Counted from the stretch's first letter, positions 1-9,868 are shown. The stretch: 58,581 bases of DNA from Candidatus Aenigmatarchaeota archaeon (GCA_020832825.1 JAJHRL010000002.1:1-58581), one strand, 5' to 3'. Notes: generated from the sequence alone by a model not told the origin. A program made the numbers and translations.

Positions 1-2
1 TT

Positions 3-1265
3 AAAGCTTACCCTACTGTTATTGGAAGAGAGAGAAAAGATTTGGAGAAGTTTGGAAATATTGCTGCTGGTTATATTGGTAAACATATTGTTGGAAAAGG
101 AGAAGATGCCCATCTAACAACAAAAGTTTATCTAGATTTCTTGAAAATTCACGTTATTTTAATTTGTGGAAAAAGAGGTAGTGGAAAAAGTTTTTCCGCG
201 GGGGTAATATTAGAAGAATTTTCTTTTTTGCCAGATGAATACAGAAACAAAATGTCATTTATCGTTGTTGATCCAGTTGGAATTTACTGGAGTATGAAAT
301 ATCCTAATGAACAGCAAAAGAATTTATTGAAGGAATGGCAATTGGAGCCAAAAGGTTTAACAAATCTAAAAGTTTTAGTTCCTATTGGTCAACTAGAGAG
401 CTATAAAAAGGCTGGAGTTCCTATCGATGGAACTATTGCTTTGAGTTTAAGTGAATTAACTCCAGAAGAAATATTATTGGCTTTCAAGTTGGATAGGTTA
501 AGCGAAGAGGGAGTTGCTCTTGAAAAGAATTTTACAAAACTTCAAAGAGAAAAAGAGAAATTTGACTTGACTGATTTGATTGAAGAAATTAGAAAAGATG
601 AAGAAACGAAAAAAGAAGTTAGAGACGCTTTGGTAAGTTTGTTATCTGTCGCTAATGAGTGGAAACTTATTGTGAAGGAAGGAACGAAAATAGAAGAAAT
701 AGCCGAGCCAGGAAAGATAACTGTTATAGACGTTTCTAGAATGAGATCAGAAGAATTGAGAAATTTGCTTGTTGCTTTGATAGCAAGAGAAATTTATAGA
801 TTAAGAGTTTTAGCCAGAAAAGAAGAAGAAAAGTTTAAAATAACCGGAGAAAAACCAAAATTCACATTTCCAATAGTTTGGTTGATTTTGGAAGAGGCTC
901 ATAACTTTATACCAAGCGATAAAGAAGTTGCTAGTAGTGAACCAATAAAAATAATTGCAAAGCAAGGTAGAGAACCTGGAGTAGGTTTAGTAGTTATAAC
1001 ACAAATGCCTAATAAAATACATCAGGAGATTTTAAGTCAAACAGATATTGTAATTTCCTTTAGACTTACATCAAGAGATGACGTTCAAGCGCTACATGCT
1101 GTCATGCAAACTTATATGCAGGAAGAATTAGAAGCTTACTTAAATTCTCTACCAAGATGGCCCGGTGCAGCTCTAATTTTAGATGATAACTTAGAGAAAG
1201 TTTTTACAGTTGTTATAAGACCGAGAGTATCATGGCACTCCGGAGGAACTGCGGCATTGGTTTAA
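3..1265 (+). CDS. HerA/FtsK-like P-loop ATPase (DUF87 / COG0433 type), 5' end outside window
   Basis: The frame is open from nt 3, with no stop before the first ATG at 42, so the N-terminus is cut by the window edge. Walker A GKRGSGKS; Walker B-like hydrophobic strand followed by EEAHNF. Confidence 0.7.
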   Translation, partial: KAYPTVIGRERKDLEKFGNIAAGYIGKHIVGKGEDAHLTTKVYLDFLKIHVILICGKRGSGKSFSAGVILEEFSFLPDEYRNKMSFIVVDPVGIYWSMKYPNEQQKNLLKEWQLEPKGLTNLKVLVPIGQLESYKKAGVPIDGTIALSLSELTPEEILLAFKLDRLSEEGVALEKNFTKLQREKEKFDLTDLIEEIRKDEETKKEVRDALVSLLSVANEWKLIVKEGTKIEEIAEPGKITVIDVSRMRSEELRNLLVALIAREIYRLRVLARKEEEKFKITGEKPKFTFPIVWLILEEAHNFIPSDKEVASSEPIKIIAKQGREPGVGLVVITQMPNKIHQEILSQTDIVISFRLTSRDDVQALHAVMQTYMQEELEAYLNSLPRWPGAALILDDNLEKVFTVVIRPRVSWHSGGTAALV

Positions 1266-1297
1266 AGTTTTTAATGAAGAAAAAGAAATAAAGAATT

Positions 1298-2272
1298 ATG
1301 GCAAAAGAGTTTGAAGTTTGGGCAGAAAAGTATAGACCAAAAACATTTGACGAAATAATTAATCAGGAGAGCGTTGTTGAAAGGGTAAAGGCTTTTGCTA
1401 AAAGCAAAAACATACCACATATGCTTTTTGCAGGACCACCAGGCACAGGAAAAACAACTCTAGCATTAGTTTTAGCTAGAGAATTATATGGCGAGCAATG
1501 GAGGCAAAATGTATTACAGCTCAATGCCAGTGACGAAAGAGGTATAGATGTTATAAGAGGTCAGGTGAAAGAATTTGCTAGAACTGTTGCTATAGGAGAC
1601 GTTCCGTTTAAATTAATAATTTTAGATGAAGCTGATGCAATGACAAGTGACGCTCAACAAGCTTTAAGAAGAATGATGGAAATGTATGCAAGCGTTTCAA
1701 GATTTATATTGATTTGCAATTATTCTAGCAAAATTATTGAGCCAATTCAATCAAGATGTGCAGTTTTTAGGTTTAAGGCTTTAGACGATAAGCATGTAGA
1801 GGAATTTGTTAATAGAATTGTTAAAGGAGAAAAACTAAAAGTAACAGAGGATGGAATAAAAGCTATAGTCAGAATCGCTGAAGGAGACTTAAGAAGGGCG
1901 GCGAATATTTTGCAGGCAGCTTCTGCTCTAGGAGAGAAAATAACTGAAGATGTTGTTTATGAAGCAGCATCACTAGCAAAGCCACAAGAGGTTAGGCAAA
2001 TGTTAGAATTGGCTTTAAGTGGAAAGTTTATGGAAGCGAGAAAAATGCTTGAAGATATGATAATCAAAAAAGGTTTAGCTGGCAGTGATATAGTTGCAGA
2101 GATTCATAGACAAATTCCTTCTTTGAATATAGATGATAGATCAAAAATCGAGCTAATAGAAAAGTGTGGAGAAATCGATTTTAGAATTTCAGAAGGGGCA
2201 AATGAGCTAATACAACTTGAGAGCTTGCTTGCAAGTTTCTTGTTACACACTCAAACTAAAGGAAAGAAGTAA
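1298..2272 (+). CDS. rfcS: Replication factor C small subunit
   Basis: WAEKYRPKTFDEI start, GPPGTGKTT Walker A, ILDEADAMT (DEAD-like box), SRC motif (QSRCAVFRF), 324 aa. Confidence 0.95.
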   Translation: MAKEFEVWAEKYRPKTFDEIINQESVVERVKAFAKSKNIPHMLFAGPPGTGKTTLALVLARELYGEQWRQNVLQLNASDERGIDVIRGQVKEFARTVAIGDVPFKLIILDEADAMTSDAQQALRRMMEMYASVSRFILICNYSSKIIEPIQSRCAVFRFKALDDKHVEEFVNRIVKGEKLKVTEDGIKAIVRIAEGDLRRAANILQAASALGEKITEDVVYEAASLAKPQEVRQMLELALSGKFMEARKMLEDMIIKKGLAGSDIVAEIHRQIPSLNIDDRSKIELIEKCGEIDFRISEGANELIQLESLLASFLLHTQTKGKK

Positions 2273-2274
2273 TT

Positions 2275-3441
2275 ATGTTCACGATAAAATACAGACCAAA
2301 AAGCTTAAAAGATTTTGTAGACCAAAAAGAAGCTTTAGCAAAATTTTTAGAATGGTATAAAAATTGGAAGCCCGGTTCTAAGGCAGCGTTACTATATGGT
2401 AAGCCTGGTACAGGGAAAACTTGCCTAGTCGAAGCTTTTGCTAATGATAAGAATTTAGAGTTAATTCAAATGAATGCAAGCGACACGAGAAGCAAAAAAC
2501 AAATTGAGGAGGTTTTTGGTCATGCTTCTGCTGTTGCGAGTTTCTTCAAAAAAGGAAGGATATTTTTGATAGATGAAGTTGATGGTATTGCGGGAAGAGA
2601 AGATGCTGGAGGAATTCAAGCAATTATCGAAATAATTAAGAAAAGTAAACATCCTGTGGTTTTAACCGCAAACGATCCATATGATCCAAAACTAAGAGTT
2701 TTGAGAGAGTATTGTGAGTTAATTCCTTTTGGAGATATACCTGTTTGGGATATTGAGAAAAAGCTAAAGGAAATTTGTGAGAAAGAAGGAATAGAGTACG
2801 ACAAAGAAGTTTTGAATCAATTAGCAAAAAGAAGTGAAGGAGATTTAAGAGCAGCTATAAACGATTTAGAAACTATTGCAAGAGGGAAAAAGAAAATAAC
2901 TTTGAAAGATCTGGAAGTTCTTGGCTATAGAGAAAGAGAAAGAGACATGTTTGAAGCTTTGAAAATTTTGTTCAAAACTTCATCTTTTACTGCAGCAAGA
3001 TTAAGCGTTGCAAATGTTGATTTAGAGCCAGAGAACATTATGTGGTGGATAGAAGAAAACATTGCTAATGAGTATGAGAAGCCAGAAGAAATAGCAAGAG
3101 CTTATGAAGCTTTGGCGAAGGCAGACTTGTTCAGAGCTAGGATTATAAATAGAAACTATTGGAAGCTTATGAGGTATATGAATGACTTAATGACGGCTGG
3201 AGTTTCTTTAGCAAAGGATGAAATGTACAGAAAGTTTACAAAGTACCAATTTCCGGCAAAACTAAGATATTTGGCTTCTAGCAAGGAAGAGAGAGAACGG
3301 GAAAAAGAAAGATTGAAGAAGCTTTCAAAGCTTCTAAATTGCTCTACCAAAAAGATAAGAACAGAATTTTTGCCCTACTTTAAAGTTTTGGAAAAGGATA
3401 AAAATTTCCAAAGGTTTTTTGAGTCAATGACGAGTGAGTAA
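2275..3441 (+). CDS. rfcL: Replication factor C large subunit (short, 388 aa)
   Basis: KYRPKSLKDFVDQ start, GKPGTGKT Walker A, LIDEVDGI Walker B. Lies 2 nt after rfcS, as in the canonical archaeal pair. Confidence 0.85.
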   Translation: MFTIKYRPKSLKDFVDQKEALAKFLEWYKNWKPGSKAALLYGKPGTGKTCLVEAFANDKNLELIQMNASDTRSKKQIEEVFGHASAVASFFKKGRIFLIDEVDGIAGREDAGGIQAIIEIIKKSKHPVVLTANDPYDPKLRVLREYCELIPFGDIPVWDIEKKLKEICEKEGIEYDKEVLNQLAKRSEGDLRAAINDLETIARGKKKITLKDLEVLGYRERERDMFEALKILFKTSSFTAARLSVANVDLEPENIMWWIEENIANEYEKPEEIARAYEALAKADLFRARIINRNYWKLMRYMNDLMTAGVSLAKDEMYRKFTKYQFPAKLRYLASSKEEREREKERLKKLSKLLNCSTKKIRTEFLPYFKVLEKDKNFQRFFESMTSE

Positions 3442-3462
3442 ACCTATATTTTCTCTTGTTAA

Positions 3463-3876
3463 ATGAGGCAAATGAGAGAAGTTTATGTAGCAGTTAAGGC
3501 TTTGATTGTTAGAGACGGAAAAATTCTGCTAATCAAAAGAAGTTCAAAGGAAGATATTTATAAAAATGAATGGGATTTACCAGGAGGAAAATTAGAGTTT
3601 GGGGAGCATCCTATAGATGGATTAAAAAGAGAAGTTAAGGAATAAACTGGATTAGAAATTGAGATCATAAAACCAATATCTGTTTGGACATTTTTCAAAA
3701 ATGATGGGAAAACACAAGTCATTGGGATAACATTTCTAGCTAAACCAATTTCAGATGAAATTAAACTGAGTAAAGAACATGTTGATAGTAAATGGGTTTT
3801 GTCTAAGGAAATTGATAACTATCAAATTCATGAGGAAATTAAAAAGTTGATAAGAAGTTTAATAAGTTTGGTATAA
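3463..3876 (+). pseudogene. NUDIX hydrolase with an in-frame TAA inside the Nudix box
   Basis: Nudix box GGKLEFGEHPIDGLKREVKE*TGLEI. The TAA at 3643-3645 occupies the second Glu of the REx2EE catalytic motif. The same frame stays open and Nudix-like to 3876. Confidence 0.8.
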
Positions 3877-3908
3877 AAATTTTAAATCTTGTAAACTTTA
3901 CGAAAAAT

Positions 3909-4397
3909 ATGGGAGTCGAAATAAAAGTTATTAATATTGATGTTCCAAAGGATACACAAGTTATAATAGGACATGCAGGATTCATAAAGACTGTAGAAGA
4001 TATTCATGAGTGTCTAGTGAATTGTGTTCCAAATATTAAGTTTGGCTTGGCTTTTGCAGAGGCTTCTGGACCTTGTTTAATAAGGCATAGCGGAAATGAT
4101 GAGGAATTAGAGAAATTAGCAACGGAAAAACTTTTTGAAATTGCAGCGGGTCATACTTTCTTAATTTTCATGAGAAATGCTTATCCTATAAACGTAGTTC
4201 CTAGATTAAAAGAGGTTCCAGAGGTGGCAAATATTTACTGTGCAACTGGAAATCCTGTTCAAGTGATAGTTGCAGAAACTGAGCAAGGAAGAGGAATTCT
4301 TGGGGTAATTGACGGCTTTAAATCAAAAGGAATAGAAGGAGAAAAAGAAATTCAAGAAAGAAAAGAATTTTTGAGGAAAATTGGCTACAAATTCTAG
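3909..4397 (+). CDS. DUF355 / adenosine-specific kinase family protein
   Basis: 162 aa. The overall pattern (IGHAGFIKTVEDIHE..., IFMRNAYPINV, ANIYCATGNPVQV, GVIDG) resembles the archaeal PAE2307-like family as recalled from memory. Not verified by search. Confidence 0.55.
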   Translation: MGVEIKVINIDVPKDTQVIIGHAGFIKTVEDIHECLVNCVPNIKFGLAFAEASGPCLIRHSGNDEELEKLATEKLFEIAAGHTFLIFMRNAYPINVVPRLKEVPEVANIYCATGNPVQVIVAETEQGRGILGVIDGFKSKGIEGEKEIQERKEFLRKIGYKF

Positions 4398-4456
4398 TTA
4401 GTTTTATCGCACTCTACATGGAATTTTAATTTAAAATAGTGTAGCTATCATTATTT

Positions 4457-5221
4457 ATGAGTTTGCGTGCAAACGAAACTGAACTAAAATTTAGAGTTTC
4501 TAGCTTTCTTCCATTTCGTAGAATACTTAAAGAAAAGTGGAAAATTTTGTGGCAAAGTTTTCGAAAGAAATTACTATTTTGATACTCGAGAGAAAGATTT
4601 AAGAAAGAAAGGATTTCTTTTGAGGCTTCGTAAGGTTTTAAGAATACTATAACTTTTAAAGAAAAGATTAAAGCTAAAAAATTTTTAGAAGCAAAAGAGA
4701 TAGAAATAGAAATTTCAAATGCAGAGAAAATGAAGGAAATTTTGAAAAAATTTGGTTTTGAGATCGTAGGAATAATGGAGAAATATTGTGAAGAGTGGAA
4801 GCTGGGAAAGACTGAAATTTTTTTCGATACGCTACCAATGGGAAAATTCATTGAAATAGAAGGAAGAAAGAAACAAATCGAGCGAGTAGCGAAGATGTTA
4901 GGGTTAAACTTTAAAGAGAGAATTACTAAGAATTATCGAGAACTCTGGGAAAAGTTTTGTAAAGAAAAAGGAATAAAAGACGAAAACATAACTTTTGCTT
5001 CTCTCAAAAAATTGAAAAATAAGCTTAGTTATTTCTTCTTTTTAATTTTTATTCCAACTTCTTTTCCTTCCAGCGGAATTAACTCTCTTTCTAACTGCTT
5101 TTCATCTATGCTTGGAATTTTTTCTTTTAACTCTCTAATTTTTTTCCTTATAAATTCCTCCCTGCTCATAAAAATTTTTAGAGCACGAACAAATAACAAT
5201 AATTGTGCGCCAGTCGTCTAG
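4457..5221 (+). pseudogene. CYTH-domain protein (CyaB/ThTPase-like) broken by two compensating frameshifts; 3' end uncertain
   Basis: EXEXK motif (ETELKF) in the frame of ATG 4457, which stops at 4580-4582. YYFDTREKDLRKKGFLLRLRKV reads in the next frame (about 4566-4649, stop 4650-4652). The first frame resumes with NTITFKEKIK...EIEIEI...MKEILKKFGFEIVG...FFDTLPMGKFIEIEG. That frame has no stop until 5221 and runs into tRNA-Gly, so the true end is probably near 5020. Confidence 0.65.
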
Positions 5222-5279
5222 CCTGGTAGGACACGAGCCTTCCAAGCTCGGAGCCCGGGTTCAAATCCCGGCTGGCGCA
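5207..5279 (+). tRNA. tRNA-Gly(UCC)
   Basis: Hand-folded cloverleaf: acceptor GCGCCAG/CTGGCGC, anticodon stem CGAGC/GCTCG with loop CTTCCAA, T arm CCGGG-TTCAAAT-CCCGG, discriminator A. No encoded CCA. Confidence 0.9.
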
Positions 5280-5495
5280 AATTTTATTTACTTAATTGAC
5301 GAACAATAACTCTAGATAAAAACCTCTTTAACAATACAATTTGAATTGGTAAATTTTTTCAAACGAGTTTAGACAGAGGTAGAAAAGAAATAGAAATTAG
5401 TTATTAGTTAATTAGATTTTTAACATAGCGTTTCTTACCCTTAGCAAATATACGTTAGAAATAGTTTTTAAACTTTTAAACCAAAATCTTTAGTT

Positions 5496-5882
5496 ATGAG
5501 GCATGATTTGCTTGCTGACGTACTGAGTGCAATAAAAAATGCAGATAGGATTGGAAAGAAAGAATGTTTTGTAAAAGCTAGCAAGCTAGTAGAGAAAGTT
5601 CTGAAAGTTTTGCAGCAACACGATTATATAGGTGCCTATGAACTGATTCATGATGGTAAATCTGGGGTGTTTAGAATCGAACTAAAAGGCAAGATCATAG
5701 ATACTAATGTCATTAAACCAAGATTTAGTGTTAAAGTTGATGAATTTGAAAAATGGGAAAAAAGATTTTTACCAGCAAGAGATGTTGGTATTCTCATATT
5801 GACAACAAGCAAAGGCGTGATGGACCATAAGACTGCTAAAAGTTTACATATAGGAGGAAAATTATTAGCTTATTGCTACTAG
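5496..5882 (+). CDS. rps8: 30S ribosomal protein S8 (uS8)
   Basis: MRHDLLADVLSAIKNA start typical of uS8. 128 aa, followed by L6. Confidence 0.95.
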   Translation: MRHDLLADVLSAIKNADRIGKKECFVKASKLVEKVLKVLQQHDYIGAYELIHDGKSGVFRIELKGKIIDTNVIKPRFSVKVDEFEKWEKRFLPARDVGILILTTSKGVMDHKTAKSLHIGGKLLAYCY

Positions 5883-6023
5883 GATAAACTTTCACACTGA
5901 TTCAAATTCCTACTAGCCGAGTTCAATTATTTTTCTGTTTAAACGAAGTTTCATTCCAGACTTATTTTGCTTATTCAATTTAAAAGATAGAAAATTAAAA
6001 TTGATATCCAATTTAAAATAATT

Positions 6024-6563
6024 GTGATTAACATGTTCGTTAAAGAAGTTAAGATACCACAAGAAGTGAAAGTTGAAATTAGCGGAAATAGGGTTAAGGT
6101 TACTGGCCCAAAGGGAGAATTAGAAAAAAGCTTTATAATACCAAGGGATGTTAAACTTGAGCTTGTTGAAGGAAAGGTTAAAGTCTCTACCGAAAACGAA
6201 AAAAGAAAAATTAAAGCAATTGCAGGAACCATTGCTGCTCATATAAGAAATATGATTGAAGGCGTTACAAAAGGTTATGTTTATAAGTTGAAAATAATCT
6301 ATTCACACTTTCCAATAACTGTTAAAGTTGAAGGCGATAGAGTCATAATTCAAAATTTCTTGGGAGAAAGGAAACCAAGAGAAGCCAAAATTGTTGGAAA
6401 CACAAAAGTTGAGGTTAAAGGACAGGAAATAATTGTTTCTGGTATAGATATCGATGCTGTTGGGCAAACGGCTGGTAATATAGAACAAGCTACGAGAATT
6501 GTTGGTAAGGATAGAAGAGTATTTCAAGATGGTATATTCATAGTTAGCAAGGGTGAAGAGTGA
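6024..6563 (+). CDS. rpl6: 50S ribosomal protein L6 (uL6)
   Basis: Two-repeat uL6 pattern ([10 protein letters not shown] ... VEGDRVII ... QDGIFI). GTG at 6024; an ATG at 6033 is an alternative start. Confidence 0.93.
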   Translation: MINMFVKEVKIPQEVKVEISGNRVKVTGPKGELEKSFIIPRDVKLELVEGKVKVSTENEKRKIKAIAGTIAAHIRNMIEGVTKGYVYKLKIIYSHFPITVKVEGDRVIIQNFLGERKPREAKIVGNTKVEVKGQEIIVSGIDIDAVGQTAGNIEQATRIVGKDRRVFQDGIFIVSKGEE

Positions 6564-7000
6564 TGTTATTTCGTAGTATTAAAATTACAGTTGATTGTAT
6601 AGCGGAAAAAAATGGAAAAATCCTACTTGTCAAGAGAAAGATTCCACCCTTTATAGGAATGTTTGCTTTTCCTGGCGGACATTTAAAGTATGGCGAGTCT
6701 GTAGAAGATTGTGTTGTTAGGGAGACTTTTGAAGAGACCGGTATTGAAGTGGAACCTAAGGAAATTTTAGGTGTCTATTCGAAAAAAGAAAGAGATCCAA
6801 GAGGACATACCGTAAGTATAGTTTTCGTATGTAAGCCAAAGACGACTACAACGAGAGATTCTATAGAAACAAAGGCTTTTTGGGTCAAAATTAAAGATGT
6901 TAAAAACATAAGGCTTGCTTTCGATCATGCAAAAATATTTCAGGATTATTTGAAATGGAAAAAGAAAAAAGGAACGTATTGGAGTGGTAAGAATGATTAA
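6560..7000 (+). CDS. NUDIX hydrolase (intact)
   Basis: Complete Nudix box [26 protein letters not shown]. Overlaps the L6 stop by 4 nt and the L32e start by 17 nt. Confidence 0.85.
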   Translation: MMLFRSIKITVDCIAEKNGKILLVKRKIPPFIGMFAFPGGHLKYGESVEDCVVRETFEETGIEVEPKEILGVYSKKERDPRGHTVSIVFVCKPKTTTTRDSIETKAFWVKIKDVKNIRLAFDHAKIFQDYLKWKKKKGTYWSGKND

Positions 7001-7334
7001 GAAAAGAAAAATTCCAGAATTTAAAAGACCTCTAGCAGGAACCATAAAAAGAATAAAAGAGAGCTGGAGAAGACCAAGAGGACTTCATAGTAAGGTTAGG
7101 CAAAAAGAGAAAAGTAAACCTAAGATGCCAGATATTGGTTATAGACAACCTAAAGAAGTTAGGGGTCTACATCCATCAGGATTCAAAGAAGTTCTTGTTA
7201 GAAACTTAAAAGATTTAGAAAGAGTTGATCCATCAAAAGAAGCAATAAGAATAGCTGCCACAGTTGGTAGGAAAAAGAGAGAAGAAATAGTTAAAAAAGC
7301 GAAAGAATTAAAAATAAAAATCTTGAATGAGTGA
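6984..7334 (+). CDS. rpl32e: 50S ribosomal protein L32e (eL32)
   Basis: KESWRRPRGLHSKVR motif, basic 116-aa protein, canonical position between L6 and L19e. Confidence 0.9.
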   Translation: MVRMIKKRKIPEFKRPLAGTIKRIKESWRRPRGLHSKVRQKEKSKPKMPDIGYRQPKEVRGLHPSGFKEVLVRNLKDLERVDPSKEAIRIAATVGRKKREEIVKKAKELKIKILNE

Positions 7335-7340
7335 TGAAAA

Positions 7341-7763
7341 ATGAAAGCACAAAGGAGACTCGCAGCAGAAATATTAAAGGTGGGGGAAAGCAAAATTTGG
7401 TTCGATCCTACTAAAATTTCTGAGATAGAAAAAGCTGTAACTAAAGCAGATGTTAGGAAACTGATTGAAAAAGGTTATATAAAAGTGAGAAAAGAAAAAT
7501 TGAAAAAACCAAAAGAAAAAAAGAAAAAAAGGAGATATGAAGGAAGCAAGAAAGGCGGAAAATATTCTATAGTTCCAAGGAAAAGAAGATGGATAACTCT
7601 TGTTAGAAGCTTGAGAGAATTTGCGAAGGAGTTAAAGAAGGAAGGTAAAATAGATAATAAAACTTACAGGCTTGTTCGAAGATGGATAAAAGGTGGAATG
7701 TTTAAAAGCAAAATGCACATGAAACTTTACCTAGAGCAGCATAAACTTATAAAAGGTGAGTGA
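7341..7763 (+). CDS. rpl19e: 50S ribosomal protein L19e (eL19)
   Basis: QRRLAAEILKVGESKIWFDP start is typical of eL19. 140 aa. Confidence 0.92.
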   Translation: MKAQRRLAAEILKVGESKIWFDPTKISEIEKAVTKADVRKLIEKGYIKVRKEKLKKPKEKKKKRRYEGSKKGGKYSIVPRKRRWITLVRSLREFAKELKKEGKIDNKTYRLVRRWIKGGMFKSKMHMKLYLEQHKLIKGE

Positions 7764-8285
7764 ATGCCGAAAATTTCTCCTACCTATAGAATTCACTTTA
7801 GGAGGAGAAGAGAAGGAAAGACAAACTATAGAAAAAGGCTAAAGTTGCTTCTTTCTGGAAAACCAAGACTTGTTTATAGAAAGACGTTAAAGTATATTAT
7901 AGGTCAAATCATAGAGTTTGATAAAAAGGGAGATAAAACACTTGTGGGAATAACTTCTAAAATTCTACAAAAGTATGGATGGAAATTTGCTTGTGATAAT
8001 ACTCCGGCCAGCTACTTAACTGGTTATTTGTTGGGGAAGATGGCTTTATTTAAAGGAATAAAAGAAGCCATTTTAGATATTGGCCTTTACACATCTACTA
8101 AAGGAGGAAGGATGTATGCTTTTGCTAAAGGAGCAATAGATGCTGGCTTAAGCGTTCCTTGTAGTGAGGAAATGTTTCCAAGCGAAGATAGAATAAAAGG
8201 TTTGCATATAAGCGAGGAAGTAGCAAAGAATTTTGAAGAGGTAAAAAAGAATATTGAGGTGATGTTTGGTGGAGAAGGAAAGTGA
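7764..8285 (+). CDS. rpl18: 50S ribosomal protein L18 (uL18)
   Basis: RRRREGKTNYRKRLKLL motif, 173 aa. ATG directly follows the L19e stop. Confidence 0.92.
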   Translation: MPKISPTYRIHFRRRREGKTNYRKRLKLLLSGKPRLVYRKTLKYIIGQIIEFDKKGDKTLVGITSKILQKYGWKFACDNTPASYLTGYLLGKMALFKGIKEAILDIGLYTSTKGGRMYAFAKGAIDAGLSVPCSEEMFPSEDRIKGLHISEEVAKNFEEVKKNIEVMFGGEGK

Positions 8286-8970
8286 AAAAGAAGAGGCTGA
8301 AATTCCCGAAGAAGGTGTTGTAGTTAGGGAAGAAAAGGCTTGGACACCAAAAACTCAACTTGGTAGAGACGTTTTGGCAGGTAAAATAAAGAGTATTGAT
8401 GAAATTCTAGAAAGCGGAAAAAGAATATTAGAGCCGGAAATTGTTGATTATCTTTTACCTGGCTTAAAAGAAGAGTTGATATTGATTGGTGGAAGAACCG
8501 GAAAAGGTGGTGGAGCACAAAGAATACCAATTAGAATTACAGCAAGAGTAACAAAATCTGGTAGAAGATTTAGAATGTCAGCTTTTATTGTTGTAGGTAA
8601 TGAAGATGGTTATGTTGGTATTGGTAAAGGAGTTTCTGTAGATGCAAGAAAGGCTGTTGAAAAGGCTAGAAGAAGAGCAAAAATGAACATAATAAAAGTT
8701 TGGAGAGGATGTGGAAGCTGGGAGTGTGGTTGCGGTACTCCACACTCAATACCATTTAAGACAGAGGGTAAATGTGGTAGTGTGAGAGTAATTTTGATGC
8801 CAGCTCCTAAGGGAGTAGGCTTAGTTGCTGATGATGAAAGCAAAAAAATATTAAGACTGGCTGGTATAAAGGATGTATGGGTTAAAACATTTGGAAACAC
8901 AAGCACACATATAAACTTGATAACTGCCATATACAGGGCATTGAAGAATCTTTACATCTATCAAAGGTGA
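8266..8970 (+). CDS. rps5: 30S ribosomal protein S5 (uS5)
   Basis: WTPKTQLGRDV..., VVGNEDGYVGIGKGVS, and GVGLVA segments typical of uS5. Position after L18. Confidence 0.92.
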   Translation: MVEKESEKEEAEIPEEGVVVREEKAWTPKTQLGRDVLAGKIKSIDEILESGKRILEPEIVDYLLPGLKEELILIGGRTGKGGGAQRIPIRITARVTKSGRRFRMSAFIVVGNEDGYVGIGKGVSVDARKAVEKARRRAKMNIIKVWRGCGSWECGCGTPHSIPFKTEGKCGSVRVILMPAPKGVGLVADDESKKILRLAGIKDVWVKTFGNTSTHINLITAIYRALKNLYIYQR

Positions 8971-9440
8971 ATTATGTGTATGCAGTTATAAGACTCAGAG
9001 GCACTGTTGGTGTTCCCAGAAGAATCGAGGATACATTAAAATTGTTAAGACTTAAAAGACGCTATTGGTGTAACATTTTACCAGAAACAGATTCTGTTAA
9101 GGGTATGTTGGAGAAAGTGAAGGATTTTGTTACTTATGGAGAGATTGATAAAGACACATTAGTTCATCTATTAAGAAAAAGGCTGAGAATGAAAGGTAAT
9201 GGTAATAAAAAAGTTAGTGAAGAAGATTTGAAAAAAATTACAGGTTTTAATAGTTTTGAAGAGTTTGCAGATGCATTAATTTCTGGTAAGGTAAAATTGA
9301 AACAGTTTGAGGCTTTATTTCCTTTTTTCAGACTTAGACCACCATCTAAAGGATTGAAGAGTATAAAAGAGCACTGGCCAAAAGGCGACTTGGGTTATAG
9401 AGGGAAAGAGATAAACGAGTTATTAAAGAGGATGATTTAA
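8967..9440 (+). CDS. rpl30: 50S ribosomal protein L30 (uL30)
   Basis: YAVIRLRGTVGVPRRIEDTLKLLRL is typical of archaeal uL30. 4-nt overlap with S5. Confidence 0.9.
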   Translation: MNYVYAVIRLRGTVGVPRRIEDTLKLLRLKRRYWCNILPETDSVKGMLEKVKDFVTYGEIDKDTLVHLLRKRLRMKGNGNKKVSEEDLKKITGFNSFEEFADALISGKVKLKQFEALFPFFRLRPPSKGLKSIKEHWPKGDLGYRGKEINELLKRMI

Positions 9441-9839
9441 ATGGTCGTTAGAAGGGAGAAGAAAAGAAGAAGGGGAGAAAGAACTTACCATGGAAGACAT
9501 GCAAAATGGAGAGGAGGAGGTTCAAGAGGAGGAAGAGGTAATGTTAGCTTGCATAAGCACAAAATGAAATGGAAAGAAAGAGAAAAAGGTTTTAGATATC
9601 CTTTAAGGAAAGAAAAGAAAACAATTAATCTAGATGAACTCAATGAGTTAGTGAAAGAAATGATAGAGAAAAAGAATGTAAATGTGGAGAATTTGAAGAT
9701 AAGTTTGAGGGAACTGGGATACCAAAAACTTCTTGGAAGAGGAAAGATTGAATTTCCTGTGATCATAGAAGTTAAAGAAGCTTCAGAAAATGCAAGAAGA
9801 AAGGTTAGTGAAATTGGGGGAAAGATTGTTACAGAATAG
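9441..9839 (+). CDS. rpl15: 50S ribosomal protein L15 (uL15)
   Basis: Gly/Arg-rich N-terminus (RGGGSRGGRGN). Position between L30 and secY. Confidence 0.85.
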   Translation: MVVRREKKRRRGERTYHGRHAKWRGGGSRGGRGNVSLHKHKMKWKEREKGFRYPLRKEKKTINLDELNELVKEMIEKKNVNVENLKISLRELGYQKLLGRGKIEFPVIIEVKEASENARRKVSEIGGKIVTE

Positions 9840-9868
9840 TTTTAATCTTCAAGTTCAAAAACATTTGT

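Noticed and set aside
3643-3645. In-frame stops (here, and at 57074-57076 and 57029-57031) as evidence of stop-codon reassignment or programmed read-through
   Set aside because: TAA, TAG and TGA each terminate highly conserved genes at the expected C-termini in this window (for example rfcS TAA, rps8 TAG, rpl6/rpl19e/rps5 TGA). Ordinary nonsense mutations or base-call errors are the simpler explanation.
5029-5169. 46-codon minus-strand ORF (MSREEFIRKKIRELKEKIPSIDEKQLERELIPLEGKEVGIKIKKKK) between the CYTH remnant and tRNA-Gly
   Set aside because: It has no recognisable family and its K/E-rich composition is expected by chance in AT-rich DNA. There is no well-placed TATA box or SD. It also overlaps the open tail of the CYTH frame. 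I cannot separate it from noise without homolog or expression data.
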